Shown one piece after another: positions 35,807 to 45,481 of a stretch of 54,474 bases of DNA; position 1 is the stretch's first letter; each line of letters opens with the position of its first letter. The stretch comes from Thermoproteota archaeon. GTDB lineage: Archaea > Korarchaeota > Korarchaeia > Korarchaeales > JAOZGB01. The stretch is taken from the NCBI GenBank assembly GCA_027491935.1, contig JAOZGB010000008.1:1-54474 (forward strand). Direction: 5' to 3'. The position numbers and the translations under genes were made by a program. The notes under the pieces were generated by a model. The model saw nothing but the letters and a program-made list of their open reading frames with translations, did not search any database and was not told the origin of the DNA.

Positions 35807-38800
35807 AGCCTCTCCACCTCCAGTCTAACATCTATACCTGCAGAAATCATTTCTTGGATGAGAAGTTTCATGGCGTAAGCAGTAACAACGGGGACAACCT
35901 TTGGACTTTTACATTCTTCGCATACGTATACACGTTTTCTCCTATCGTAGTATGCTATTCGCCCGCAATTTGTGCATACGAATATGACAGTTTTGTCAGA
36001 GTTGTCTAGAAGCCTATCTTGGATTAGTGCCGAGGCCCCATAAGCTATGAAAACTTCCTCTTCCATTTCCCCTATTCTTAGCCCTCCTCCCTTCGCCCTT
36101 CCCTCTACAGGCTGTCTTGTCAGTATTTGGACCTGTCCCCTTGCTCTGGCGTGTATTTTGTTTCTTACCATGTGTTTCAACTTCTGGTAGAAGCATACAC
36201 CAATAAATATGTCTTGGGCAAGCATTTCTCCGGTCATACCATCGTACATAACTTCTCTTCCATCATACCTGAAGCCAAGCTTAACGAGGGCTTTCTTCAA
36301 GTCTTCAACTGGTTCAGATATGAATGGGGTGCCATCGACTATTCTACCTTCAAGACACCCGACTTTGCCGGCCAGAAGTTCGATGAGCTGGCCCACAGTC
36401 ATTCTTGATGGTATGGCATGCGGATTTAAAACAAGGTCTGGAACGATGCCCTCATATGTAAATGGCATGTCATCATGCCTGTAGATCATACCAACCACTC
36501 CCTTTTGTCCATGTCTCGTTGCGAACTTGTCTCCTAGTTCTGGTATCCTATTGTCTCTCACCACTACCCTAGCTATCCTATCTCCCTCTCCCGTATTTGC
36601 TATCATTGATGTGGTTATAATACCCTTTTCTCCGTATCTTATTCCTATCGATGTGTCTTTTCTGGCTATCCATCCTGCTTCCCTAAATCCTAGATATTCT
36701 CCTATAAACCTTGGGGGGCTTGTCCTACCTATTATAACATCTCCTCCTTTGACCTCTTGTTCTGGTTCTGCTATTCCGTCAGGCCCTAAATTCCTGTAAG
36801 CTTCCTTAGTTCTTCTGCCGCTTATCTCCTCCTCGGATGGGATCTCGAATCTGTCTTCTTGTCCTCCGAAATACCTTCTTTCTACAGCTTCGTATGTTCT
36901 GAAGAACACACTCCTTGCAGCCCCTCTATCCACGGCCCCCTTGTTGAGAACTACCGCATCTTTAGTATTATAGTTGTCCATGCATAGTACTGCAACGACA
37001 AGGTTCTGGCCGGACGGCCTATTGTCATACCCTAAGAGTTTTGCTACTCTCGTGGCGACTATCGGCCTCTGAGGATGGTAGAGTATGTGTGCTCTGCTAT
37101 CCATCCGTTGATGCCAGTTTACAGCATACATTCCAAGCCCCTGCCTGGTAATATTTGCCGCTATTACGTCCCTGGCGCTCTGGTTATGTTCAGCATATGG
37201 GAGCATTCCTGCTGCTACTCCGAACATCATGTATGGTGCAAAGTCTAAGTGGGTGTGCTTAGCGGTTATTTCCTTAAGGTTTGTTGCTACTACAGCTTCC
37301 TCCTCTTCGAGTGCATCTAAGAATTCTATGATTCCCCTCTTGACAAGCCCGCTGAATGTTATTCTCCCATTCTTTACATCGTCTAAGAGTTCTATTGCAT
37401 CTTTTATTCTGTTAACTGGAATGAGGATTCTCCTTATCCTACCAGCATCAGCATTTATAACTACTTCTCCCTTCTCCCTATCGTATATACTGTTTATCTC
37501 ATGAGATATCTCTCTCCTTACCTGGTTGAACCTTTTTATGAACTCTTCTGGTTCTTCAACCAATCCTATTAGCAATCCATCAACATAAACTGGTGTTAAT
37601 TTACCTACCATCTCGGGGGTGGCTCTCTCTATCGGTATGACTCCTAGCTGGATACATCTTGTTATAATCGGCTCCTTTTCAACTCCTACCGTAGCATCTA
37701 TAAAGCTAGCGAGGCCCTTGACGAGTCCACAGCTTGTCCCTTCCGGAGTTTCAAGGGGGCATAGCCTTCCCCATGTTGTTGGATGAAGTGCTCTGGCCTT
37801 AAAATGGGGGTGTGTCCTCGTGAGGGGTGAGATAACTCTTCTGAGGTGTGAGATGGTGGCTAGATAGTTTGTTCTATCCAAGATCTGGCTTACACCTGTA
37901 GCTCCGCCAACCCAACTACCAGTGGCTAGTGCACTGTGGAATCTGTCCGTTATGGTTTGAGGTTGAGCAAAATGTCTGATGTCAATATCACCTAGCCCCT
38001 TACTTATCTTCTTGGAGATTTGGAACTGAAGTTGCCATGCAAATATGACAAAAGCATATCTGAATAGTGTCTGGAGCAGGTCGCCTACAAACTGGATTCT
38101 CTTGTTCTTATAGTGGTCTTTGTCGTCGGGAGGTATTTCTTTGAGCTTAACCCTGATAAGCCTCTCAACCATCTTGGCAATGTAGTAGGCTTTTTTAAGG
38201 TTGTCAGCCCTCCTTGTCCCTATGTGCGGGAGAAGCTGTCTTTCAATCCTATTTTGGGTAAACATTATTCTTTCTTCCCTTGGAGATCCTGGGGATAGCC
38301 TCCTCCCGATAAAGTCCAGAGCATCTTCTACTGTAAAGCCTCCCTTCTTCTTCGGCATAGCATCTAAGCATACGAGAAACTCCTCTATGACCTTTTTGTC
38401 GTTGCTAATGGCATAAGTGACGTCTCTGTCGGTTTCAAGCCCTAGAGCTCTTAGCAAAATCGTTACTGGAATATTTACACCGGCAAATTGGGCTATTATC
38501 TCACCATTCCTCTTATATTGCAGGGTTAGAACAGCCCTATATCCTGCTCTAACAGAATACACTTTAGCTACCAAGGGTGAGGTGGTTCCTCTGCTGACGA
38601 TGACTCTGTTGCTAGCTATATCCTCCCTTGAAACCACGACCCGTTCAGAGCCGTTGATGATAAAGTATCCTCCAGGGTCTAACGGATCCTCCTTAGCCTT
38701 AATGAGATCTTCCCTGTTTAATCCATGGAGTACACAGATCTTCGATTTTACCATTACAGGTAATGACCCGATAAAGACCTCTTGCCTCTTTATCTCCACG

Positions 38801-39111
38801 TTTCCGTCGTATAAAAATGCTTCAAGATACATTGGTGCTTCATAGGTTAATTTTCTCTGCCTACATTCCATCGGGGTTACCGTTCTCCTGGATCCATCTG
38901 CTTCTACTATTGATGGTGGTAGAATCTTTAACTTACCGAATTCGATTCTGAGATTCTGGCCTAGTTCTACAACTCTGTTGTTGTCTATTACTTCCTGTAA
39001 CCCTTTATCTACAAACTGGTTGTATGATTCTATTTGTACATCAACGAAGCTTTTCTCTTTGAAATAGCTTTCTACTATGGGGTAGAAATCTACATCTAAC
39101 CTTATAGGCAT
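35803..39111 (-). CDS. rpoB: DNA-directed RNA polymerase subunit B (unsplit)
   Basis: 'SHLRRV', 'GQKGV', and a C-terminal Zn ribbon 'CTNCGRIAYYDRRKRVYVCEEC'. The likely start is 'MPIRLD' at 39111 rather than the track start at 39159. Confidence 0.93.
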   Translation of the reverse strand: MPIRLDVDFYPIVESYFKEKSFVDVQIESYNQFVDKGLQEVIDNNRVVELGQNLRIEFGKLKILPPSIVEADGSRRTVTPMECRQRKLTYEAPMYLEAFLYDGNVEIKRQEVFIGSLPVMVKSKICVLHGLNREDLIKAKEDPLDPGGYFIINGSERVVVSREDIASNRVIVSRGTTSPLVAKVYSVRAGYRAVLTLQYKRNGEIIAQFAGVNIPVTILLRALGLETDRDVTYAISNDKKVIEEFLVCLDAMPKKKGGFTVEDALDFIGRRLSPGSPREERIMFTQNRIERQLLPHIGTRRADNLKKAYYIAKMVERLIRVKLKEIPPDDKDHYKNKRIQFVGDLLQTLFRYAFVIFAWQLQFQISKKISKGLGDIDIRHFAQPQTITDRFHSALATGSWVGGATGVSQILDRTNYLATISHLRRVISPLTRTHPHFKARALHPTTWGRLCPLETPEGTSCGLVKGLASFIDATVGVEKEPIITRCIQLGVIPIERATPEMVGKLTPVYVDGLLIGLVEEPEEFIKRFNQVRREISHEINSIYDREKGEVVINADAGRIRRILIPVNRIKDAIELLDDVKNGRITFSGLVKRGIIEFLDALEEEEAVVATNLKEITAKHTHLDFAPYMMFGVAAGMLPYAEHNQSARDVIAANITRQGLGMYAVNWHQRMDSRAHILYHPQRPIVATRVAKLLGYDNRPSGQNLVVAVLCMDNYNTKDAVVLNKGAVDRGAARSVFFRTYEAVERRYFGGQEDRFEIPSEEEISGRRTKEAYRNLGPDGIAEPEQEVKGGDVIIGRTSPPRFIGEYLGFREAGWIARKDTSIGIRYGEKGIITTSMIANTGEGDRIARVVVRDNRIPELGDKFATRHGQKGVVGMIYRHDDMPFTYEGIVPDLVLNPHAIPSRMTVGQLIELLAGKVGCLEGRIVDGTPFISEPVEDLKKALVKLGFRYDGREVMYDGMTGEMLAQDIFIGVCFYQKLKHMVRNKIHARARGQVQILTRQPVEGRAKGGGLRIGEMEEEVFIAYGASALIQDRLLDNSDKTVIFVCTNCGRIAYYDRRKRVYVCEECKSPKVVPVVTAYAMKLLIQEMISAGIDVRLEVERL

Positions 39112-39118
39112 CAAACAG

Positions 39119-39334
39119 CTATCCCTCCACCACAACCCTGTAGTAGACCCCACCGCCAAATCGCTTTATCATTATAATATCGCCGGGTTTAGCCTTCAAA
39201 TGTTTTATTGCTGGGTCGGATGCTTTGATCTTGGGAAACTTGTAGATAGACCCATACATTTCAAGAACCCGGCGTTTCTCATTTTCATCAAGTTTAAAGT
39301 GAGGTGGTACAAGTCTATGTTTCAAACCAACCAT
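39119..39334 (-). CDS. rpoH: RNA polymerase subunit H (Rpb5-like)
   Basis: '[53 protein letters not shown]'. The internal ATG at 39334 is preferred because 39382 would leave no promoter space before tRNA-Arg. Confidence 0.85.
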   Translation of the reverse strand: MVGLKHRLVPPHFKLDENEKRRVLEMYGSIYKFPKIKASDPAIKHLKAKPGDIIMIKRFGGGVYYRVVVEG

Positions 39335-39394
39335 TACTATTACTTTTCGTCCACGGTCAATTAAAAATTTATATCCAGTCAATATAGTAATAAA

Positions 39395-39468
39395 GGGCGA
39401 GTGGCCTAGCTGGATAGGGCGTCGGCCTTCGGAGCCGAAGATCCGGGGTTCGAATCCCCGCTCGCCCG
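39395..39468 (+). tRNA. tRNA-Arg (anticodon UCG)
   Basis: Acceptor GGGCGAG/CTCGCCC with discriminator G. Anticodon arm TCGGC-CTTCGGA-GCCGA. T-arm CGGGG-TTCGAAT-CCCCG. TATA-like 'AAATTTATAT' lies about 27 nt upstream. Confidence 0.92.
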
Positions 39469-39486
39469 CTACTAAATGGTGATAGA

Positions 39487-40032
39487 ATGATAGAAATTAG
39501 GTGGCATGGTCGGGGAGGTCAAGGAATCGTGGTTGCATCCGAGTTGCTCGCTACCGCGGCATTTATGGAGGGGAAATGGTCCCAGGCTTTCCCTCATTTC
39601 GGCGCAGAGAGGAGGGGGGCCCCTGTTAAGGCTTTTACTAGGATATCGGAAGAGCCTATTAGACTTAGAAGCCAGATATACAGCCCAGATATTATAGTCA
39701 TAGTTGACCCTTCAGCATTATCTATAGATACTGTAAGGGGCTTAAAGAGGGGAGGCTTAATAATTGCAAATTCTTCTTCTCCGCATAAGCTTAAGGATTG
39801 GCGGCTAGCATATGTAGACGCGACCGGAATAGCGTCTGAACTCGGTTTAAAACTAGCAGGCCTTCCTATCCCTAATACTGCGATGCTTGGCGCTATTTCA
39901 AAGGCTTCCGGAATAGTAGATATTAAGACGATTGTTAGAGTTATCCGTAGTAGATGGCATGGTGAAGCAGGGGAGAAAAATGTGAAAGCAGCATTAAACG
40001 CATACGATAGATTGAGGTTTTCAGACCTATGA
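39487..40032 (+). CDS. porG: Pyruvate/2-oxoacid:ferredoxin oxidoreductase gamma subunit (stand-alone)
   Basis: '[44 protein letters not shown]'. No alpha, beta or delta subunit genes are adjacent. Confidence 0.8.
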   Translation: MIEIRWHGRGGQGIVVASELLATAAFMEGKWSQAFPHFGAERRGAPVKAFTRISEEPIRLRSQIYSPDIIVIVDPSALSIDTVRGLKRGGLIIANSSSPHKLKDWRLAYVDATGIASELGLKLAGLPIPNTAMLGAISKASGIVDIKTIVRVIRSRWHGEAGEKNVKAALNAYDRLRFSDL

Positions 40033-40260
40033 TAAGTACTTATCTACAATTTTGGAATAAGCATCAACCTCTTCCTCCATCTCATAAATCTCAACCGTAT
40101 CGTTAAGTCCACAGTCTCCGCATTTAACTACCGCTATCCCCCTGTTTCTATCTATTTTAATGCTTAAAGTATCCATCTGACATAGTGGGCATCTGAAAAA
40201 TGCTGAAGGCTTTAATCTAGGCTTTCTCCTAATAACCCGTCTTTTCTTTCTTCTTCCCAT
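40027..40260 (-). CDS. Elf1-like zinc-ribbon transcription elongation factor homologue
   Basis: Basic N-terminus 'MGRRKKRRVIRRKPRLK', then 'FRCPLCQ...VVKCGDCG...EVDAYSKIVDKY'. This layout is the same as eukaryotic Elf1. Confidence 0.7.
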   Translation of the reverse strand: MGRRKKRRVIRRKPRLKPSAFFRCPLCQMDTLSIKIDRNRGIAVVKCGDCGLNDTVEIYEMEEEVDAYSKIVDKYLS

Positions 40261-40317
40261 CCTCTTGAGAAAAGGGTAACCCTAAAATTAAATAATTCTT
40301 TCTATTTCAGTTAGGGC

Positions 40318-43300
40318 ATGGATATAGAGAAATATTGGGATTTGATAGATTCTGAGGTTCAAAAGCTTTATTCTGTAGCTTCTAAAGCAAGACTTAAGGG
40401 TTTAGATCCATCGTTACGGCCGGAAGTTAAAGTAGCAAATACTCTGGCTGAGAGAATCGGCGCCATGTTCCCCCAGCTTAAGATAGAAGATTACGTCCAA
40501 GAGCTAGTTGAGAAAGGGGTGGAAAAGCATCGGATGGCCCTATTACTATCAGATAAGATATTAGAGTTAGTTCAGGATAAAATCAAGGCGGCTGAGTTAG
40601 CAGTAAGGGTTGGACTTGCTGTAACGACTGACTGCGTAGTCTCAGCTCCGATAGAGGGAATAGGCGGGGTTAAAGTCAAAGTAAATCAGTATGGGGGTAA
40701 GTACTTAGCAGTATACTATTGCGGTCCTATAAGGACTGCAGGGGCAACTGAGAGTGCATTTTCCATTGTTATAGCTGACTACGTCAGACGGAAGCTTGGG
40801 TTAGACCTTTTTAAGCCGACACAGAGTCACGTTAGAAGATACGCAGAGGAAATAAACCTATATAGGATGATAAGAACAACCCAGTATCATGCTAGGAATG
40901 AGGAGATATTTTATTATGCAAGCAAGCTTCCAGTAGAAATAACCGGACCACCTACTGAGAAAGTTGAGGTCTCATCTTTCAGGGATGTTCCGGGGGTTGA
41001 GACGAACAGGGTTAGAGGGGGTGCCGTCCTAGTATTGAACGACTGTTTAATACAGAAAGCTAAGAAACTCCATAAGCTAGTCGTTGAGCTTGGATTAGAC
41101 GGGTGGGGCTGGCTTAATCCCTCTGTTGACGAGAAGTCTGCGCAGGGCGACATAATTGAGGGTGAAGGGGCTCCGATAGTGTACCCGTCATCCAAATATC
41201 TTAGGGATGCTGTTGGAGGTAGACCAATATTATCTCATCCATCCGTGAGGGGCGGGTTTAGACTTAGATATGGTCATGCTAGAAATACCGGCTTAGGGGC
41301 CGTTGGTGTTCACCCTGCATTTATGGTTCTTGTTGAGAATACTCTAGCTCTAGGGGTTCAGGTGAGGACTGAAAGGCCTGGAAAGAGTGCTGTAGTAATG
41401 CCTGTTGAAAGGATAGAAGGGCCTGTTGTTCTACTTAAAGATGGGACCGTACTACGTGTTGACACCGTAGAGAAGGCGGAAAAGATTAAACACTTGGTTA
41501 AGAAGATACTGTTTAACGGAGATATACTAATAGGGTATGGGGAATTCCTTGAAAATAACCATGTACTCCTGCCATCCGGGATGACAGAAGAGTGGTGGGC
41601 TCTTAAACTTAAGGATTCCCTGGGGAAAGATGTTTCTCTCATAAGCATTCCAAGTGAGAGGCTGAAACTTTTTGTAGAATACCCCTTCATATATAAACCG
41701 ACAGCAGAAGAAGCCGTAGAGCTAAGCATGAAGCTAGGAATACCTCTACATCCACGCTATACCTACCATTGGCACGATATATCAGTGGAAGAACTTTGCT
41801 CGCTAATTGATATTCTTTCTAGAGCGGAAGTGGGGAGTGACGGTTCAACTGTTAAGAGTATTCTTGCCAGTCTTAAATGTAAGAAAATACTGGAGAAGCT
41901 ATGTGTACCTCATAGAATTGCTGATGGGAGAGTACTCATAGAAGGAGATGAAGCTTTCATACTGAGCACGGTACTTTCTCTATTCAAGAGAACCCCCAAA
42001 ACTACGAGTGGTTATGATACTCTTTCAGCAGTTAATGAGATATCTCCAGTTAGAATCGAGCCTAAAGCACCTGTATACATAGGTTTAAGGATGGGAAGGC
42101 CTGAAAAGGCTAAGATGAGAAAGCTTAAGGGGAAAGTCAATACACTATTCCCAATAGGTGTTCAAAAGGGTAGAAGCAGGTCGTTTAAGTCAGCTATACA
42201 ATCTGGTAGGATAGTTGTTGAAATATCACAAAGGAAGTGTCCATCTTGCGGGTTAGAAACTCCCTTTTACTCGTGCCCCCGATGTAACGTGAGAACAGAG
42301 CCTATAAAATATTGTTCTAGATGTGGCCGTAGATTGAGAGGTGATATCTGCCCTAGCGATGGAGGGAAGGCGGTCAGTTACCGGAAGGTAGCCCTTGATA
42401 TCAAAAGCATGGTGCAAACCGCGTCTGAAAATGTTAAGGTTGAGGTAGAGTATGAACAGGTTAAAGGTGTAATCGGCCTAACAAGTAAAAATAAAACTCC
42501 AGAAAGACTTGAGAAGGGTATACTGAGGGCTTTACATGGATTGTGCGTGTTTAAGGATGGGACGATAAGGTTTGACGCTATTAACACACCTTTAACCCAT
42601 TTTAAACCGGCGGAGATAGGAGTGGCGATTGAAGATCTACAGAGCCTTGGATATACTCGTGACTATGAAGGCCGTAAGCTAAAAAGCGAAGATCAGCTTG
42701 TAGAACTGATGCCTCAGGATATCATAATCCCACTATCAGCCGCCGAACACTTAGTTAAAGTCTCAAAATTCGTCGATGACCTTCTACAGAAACTGTACGG
42801 TCTCGAGCCCTATTATAATATTAGTGGCCCCCATGACCTCCTTGGGCAAATTTGTTTTACGATATCCCCCCATACCTTTATGGCTATAGCATGTCGAATA
42901 ATCGGGTTTACTAAGGGGTCGGTAGTCATGGCCCACCCGATCCTTCACGCTGCTAAGAGAAGAAACTGCGATGGGGACGAGGACTCAATAACTCTTGGAC
43001 TGGACGTGCTGTTAAACTTTTCAAAATCGTATCTCCCGGAGGATATCGGGGGACATGAAGATGCCCCTATCCTAATCTGTACAAGAGTTGACCCGGCCGA
43101 AGTTGACGATGAAGTCTACAATATCGAAAACGTCAAAAACTTTCCCCTCCAATTCTATAGTAACACATATAATTACCCCCACCCCAAAGAGTTAAGGAAT
43201 ATTATTAGAATAGTTGAAGACTCAATTGAAGCGGGAGAAAAGTTCATTCCGATAATGTTTACAGTCCCGGTTGAAAATATACATGCAGGTCCCCTCATAT

Positions 43301-43731
43301 CTCGGTACAAGATTGAGAATAAAATGAAGCAGAAACTCATATCTCACATACGTATATGCCGTAAAATAAGATCAGTCGACTTTAAAGATGCCGTTGAGAG
43401 AGTTATAGCACTGCACTTCCTAAGAGATATAAAAGGCAACATGAAAAAATTCTTTATACAAGGATTTAGATGCCCTAAATGTAATAGATCCTTTAGGAGG
43501 CCGACTCTTACAGGTCTATGTCCAAGCTGCGGTGTTCCCCTAATTCTAACCGTCTCCAAAGGTAACATATCTAAGTATCTTGATGTGAGTGAGAAGATAA
43601 CTTCCAAGTTCAAGCTTCCCCCATACGTCTCTCAAAGAATCGAAATCATTAGGAGAGAGCTGGAGCGGCTTTTCGAGGAGTACAAAGTAACTCAAGAATA
43701 CCGGAAAACATCCCTGGAGGAATATGTTTAA
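40318..43731 (+). CDS. DNA polymerase D (PolD) large catalytic subunit DP2
   Basis: 1137 aa with several Cys4 clusters ('CPSCG...CPRC', 'CSRCGRR', 'CPKCNRSFRRPTLTGLCPSCG') and 'NCDGDED'. No intein-like insertion was seen. Confidence 0.9.
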   Translation: MDIEKYWDLIDSEVQKLYSVASKARLKGLDPSLRPEVKVANTLAERIGAMFPQLKIEDYVQELVEKGVEKHRMALLLSDKILELVQDKIKAAELAVRVGLAVTTDCVVSAPIEGIGGVKVKVNQYGGKYLAVYYCGPIRTAGATESAFSIVIADYVRRKLGLDLFKPTQSHVRRYAEEINLYRMIRTTQYHARNEEIFYYASKLPVEITGPPTEKVEVSSFRDVPGVETNRVRGGAVLVLNDCLIQKAKKLHKLVVELGLDGWGWLNPSVDEKSAQGDIIEGEGAPIVYPSSKYLRDAVGGRPILSHPSVRGGFRLRYGHARNTGLGAVGVHPAFMVLVENTLALGVQVRTERPGKSAVVMPVERIEGPVVLLKDGTVLRVDTVEKAEKIKHLVKKILFNGDILIGYGEFLENNHVLLPSGMTEEWWALKLKDSLGKDVSLISIPSERLKLFVEYPFIYKPTAEEAVELSMKLGIPLHPRYTYHWHDISVEELCSLIDILSRAEVGSDGSTVKSILASLKCKKILEKLCVPHRIADGRVLIEGDEAFILSTVLSLFKRTPKTTSGYDTLSAVNEISPVRIEPKAPVYIGLRMGRPEKAKMRKLKGKVNTLFPIGVQKGRSRSFKSAIQSGRIVVEISQRKCPSCGLETPFYSCPRCNVRTEPIKYCSRCGRRLRGDICPSDGGKAVSYRKVALDIKSMVQTASENVKVEVEYEQVKGVIGLTSKNKTPERLEKGILRALHGLCVFKDGTIRFDAINTPLTHFKPAEIGVAIEDLQSLGYTRDYEGRKLKSEDQLVELMPQDIIIPLSAAEHLVKVSKFVDDLLQKLYGLEPYYNISGPHDLLGQICFTISPHTFMAIACRIIGFTKGSVVMAHPILHAAKRRNCDGDEDSITLGLDVLLNFSKSYLPEDIGGHEDAPILICTRVDPAEVDDEVYNIENVKNFPLQFYSNTYNYPHPKELRNIIRIVEDSIEAGEKFIPIMFTVPVENIHAGPLISRYKIENKMKQKLISHIRICRKIRSVDFKDAVERVIALHFLRDIKGNMKKFFIQGFRCPKCNRSFRRPTLTGLCPSCGVPLILTVSKGNISKYLDVSEKITSKFKLPPYVSQRIEIIRRELERLFEEYKVTQEYRKTSLEEYV

Positions 43732-45239
43732 GCTAGCGGTTCGCCAAGCTTCTCTAGAGGACTACCGCTGAGGAAGAGCCTGACTTTGTCGGCAAGCTGG
43801 CTTCTCGGCACTCTCACCTGATTCATGCCATCCCTGTCTCTCAATGTTACTGTATTATCTTCAAGGGTTTCATAATCAACAGTAACACATACCGGCGTGC
43901 CTATTTCATCTAATCTCCTGTACCTCCTACCAATAGTTCCTCTATCATCGTATTCCACATAGAATTCTAACTTTAACTCTTCTGCTATTTCCCGTGCAAC
44001 CCTGTCTAAACCATCCCTCTTAACTAAAGGTAGGACACCTACATCGACCGGTGCCAAATGCCTTGGTAGTCTTAAATATCTTCGCTCACCGTCATCTGTG
44101 TATGATATGAGCAGTAAATTAAGTATAGTTCTATCTATACCTATGGAAGGCTCGTACATGTGGGGGATGATCTTTTTACCGTCGACGTCTACTGTTAAAT
44201 CTTCTCCGGAAAGTTTCATATGGCCTTTAATATCGTAGTCCGTTCTGTACGCATTGTTTGCAACCTCAATCCAGCCGAGGTCCTGGGTGTAGCATTCTAA
44301 ATCCCAGTGGGCAGCTGCGTAGTGGGCCCTTTCTCTATCTGATAGTTCCTTGTATCTGAGCCTCTCCAAAGGTATACATAGTGCTTCATTGAAAAATTTT
44401 TGGACAACAGCAAGCCAGTAGGTTATGAGTGTATTTATCGTGTACCCTTCCCTAAGTGCTTCACCCACCTCCATCTCGGTTATTTTCCCGGAGTCCCTGT
44501 CCTCAAGCTTTAGAAACCTTAACTTGTAGTGTCTGATGCTCTCTACTTCCTTTTGGAATCCAGGATTCTCAGGGTCAAAAAATATGTGCAGCTCCATCAT
44601 GTGAAACTCTCTTAGCCTAACCAACCCTAGTCTTGGCGATATCTCATTTCTAAACGCTGACCCCTGCTGATAGAGTATAACTGGAAGCTTGGATCTCATA
44701 GATCTTATCACATGTTTCAACTCAACTACGCTGCCTTGAGTAGTTTCAGGTCTTAAGACCGCTATTTCCCCTCCTTTAGCCCCCACCCTGGTTGTAAACA
44801 TTAGATTGAACCTTGCCACCTCAGTGAAATTTCTGCTCCCACATCGGGGGCATTTAATGTTTAACTCTCTAATAAGACGGTCTGCCTCAGCATCTGTGAT
44901 GTTTTCAAGGCTTGTCCTGTCTACGTGTTCGGCAAGCAGCATTTCAACGCGGAATCTACTGTGGCATTTTTTACACTCTACAAACCTGTCGCTAAAATGT
45001 TTTGTGTGCCCTGAGGCTTCGAATACTCTTACCGACATCATGTTTGGAGTTATAAGCTCGTATGCCCCATGGTTAACTGCAATTCTCCTCCAGAGATTCG
45101 TGATTTTCTCTATAAGTCTAGCTCCTAAAGGACCATAGCTCCAGAGCCCGGCCGGGTAGTTCGAGTAAACGTCGGAGCAGCTAGGCCAGAAGAAGCCTCT
45201 CCTGGAAGCTATCTCCATAACCCGTTCGAACACTGACAA
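43728..45239 (-). CDS. glyS: Glycyl-tRNA synthetase (archaeal/eukaryal type)
   Basis: 'RRGFFWPSCSDVY...GLWSYGPLG', a Zn-ribbon insert 'CKKCHSRFRVE...CPRCGS', and class II motifs ('FRNEISPR', 'PSIGIDR'). Confidence 0.85.
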   Translation of the reverse strand: MSVFERVMEIASRRGFFWPSCSDVYSNYPAGLWSYGPLGARLIEKITNLWRRIAVNHGAYELITPNMMSVRVFEASGHTKHFSDRFVECKKCHSRFRVEMLLAEHVDRTSLENITDAEADRLIRELNIKCPRCGSRNFTEVARFNLMFTTRVGAKGGEIAVLRPETTQGSVVELKHVIRSMRSKLPVILYQQGSAFRNEISPRLGLVRLREFHMMELHIFFDPENPGFQKEVESIRHYKLRFLKLEDRDSGKITEMEVGEALREGYTINTLITYWLAVVQKFFNEALCIPLERLRYKELSDRERAHYAAAHWDLECYTQDLGWIEVANNAYRTDYDIKGHMKLSGEDLTVDVDGKKIIPHMYEPSIGIDRTILNLLLISYTDDGERRYLRLPRHLAPVDVGVLPLVKRDGLDRVAREIAEELKLEFYVEYDDRGTIGRRYRRLDEIGTPVCVTVDYETLEDNTVTLRDRDGMNQVRVPRSQLADKVRLFLSGSPLEKLGEPLA

Positions 45240-45255
45240 AGAAATCCCTCTCGCA

Positions 45256-45414
45256 TCATATAAGTCTAATTATCACTTCGGCGGCAACAACGCCTATCGT
45301 AGCAGCAACTACTATCCAAGGTTTTATCTTTATACCGCCAGACTCTTCTGTTTGGAAGCTTAGTAGCCCTGCTGTCCCCATAGGCATTAACGTCCTCCTC
45401 TTCCGCTTAGACAT
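45256..45414 (-). CDS. Sec61-beta / archaeal SecG translocon subunit; absent from the ORF track (52 aa)
   Basis: Hand translation gives MSKRKRRTLMPMGTAGLLSFQTEESGGIKIKPWIVVAATIGVVAAEVIIRLI*. A basic N-terminus is followed by 'AGL(L/I)..F.E...GIKI.P' and a single C-terminal TM helix. Confidence 0.7.
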   Translation of the reverse strand: MSKRKRRTLMPMGTAGLLSFQTEESGGIKIKPWIVVAATIGVVAAEVIIRLI

Positions 45415-45481
45415 TCTTATAACCATGAATACTACTAAAGGTTTAGAATTAAAAATTTGAGGTCTTAAACTATATGTAGCT

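Noticed and set aside
39506-39697. 63-aa ORF inside porG in another frame
   Set aside because: It is fully nested in the well-supported PorG frame, and its Arg/Leu/Gly-rich translation has no motif.
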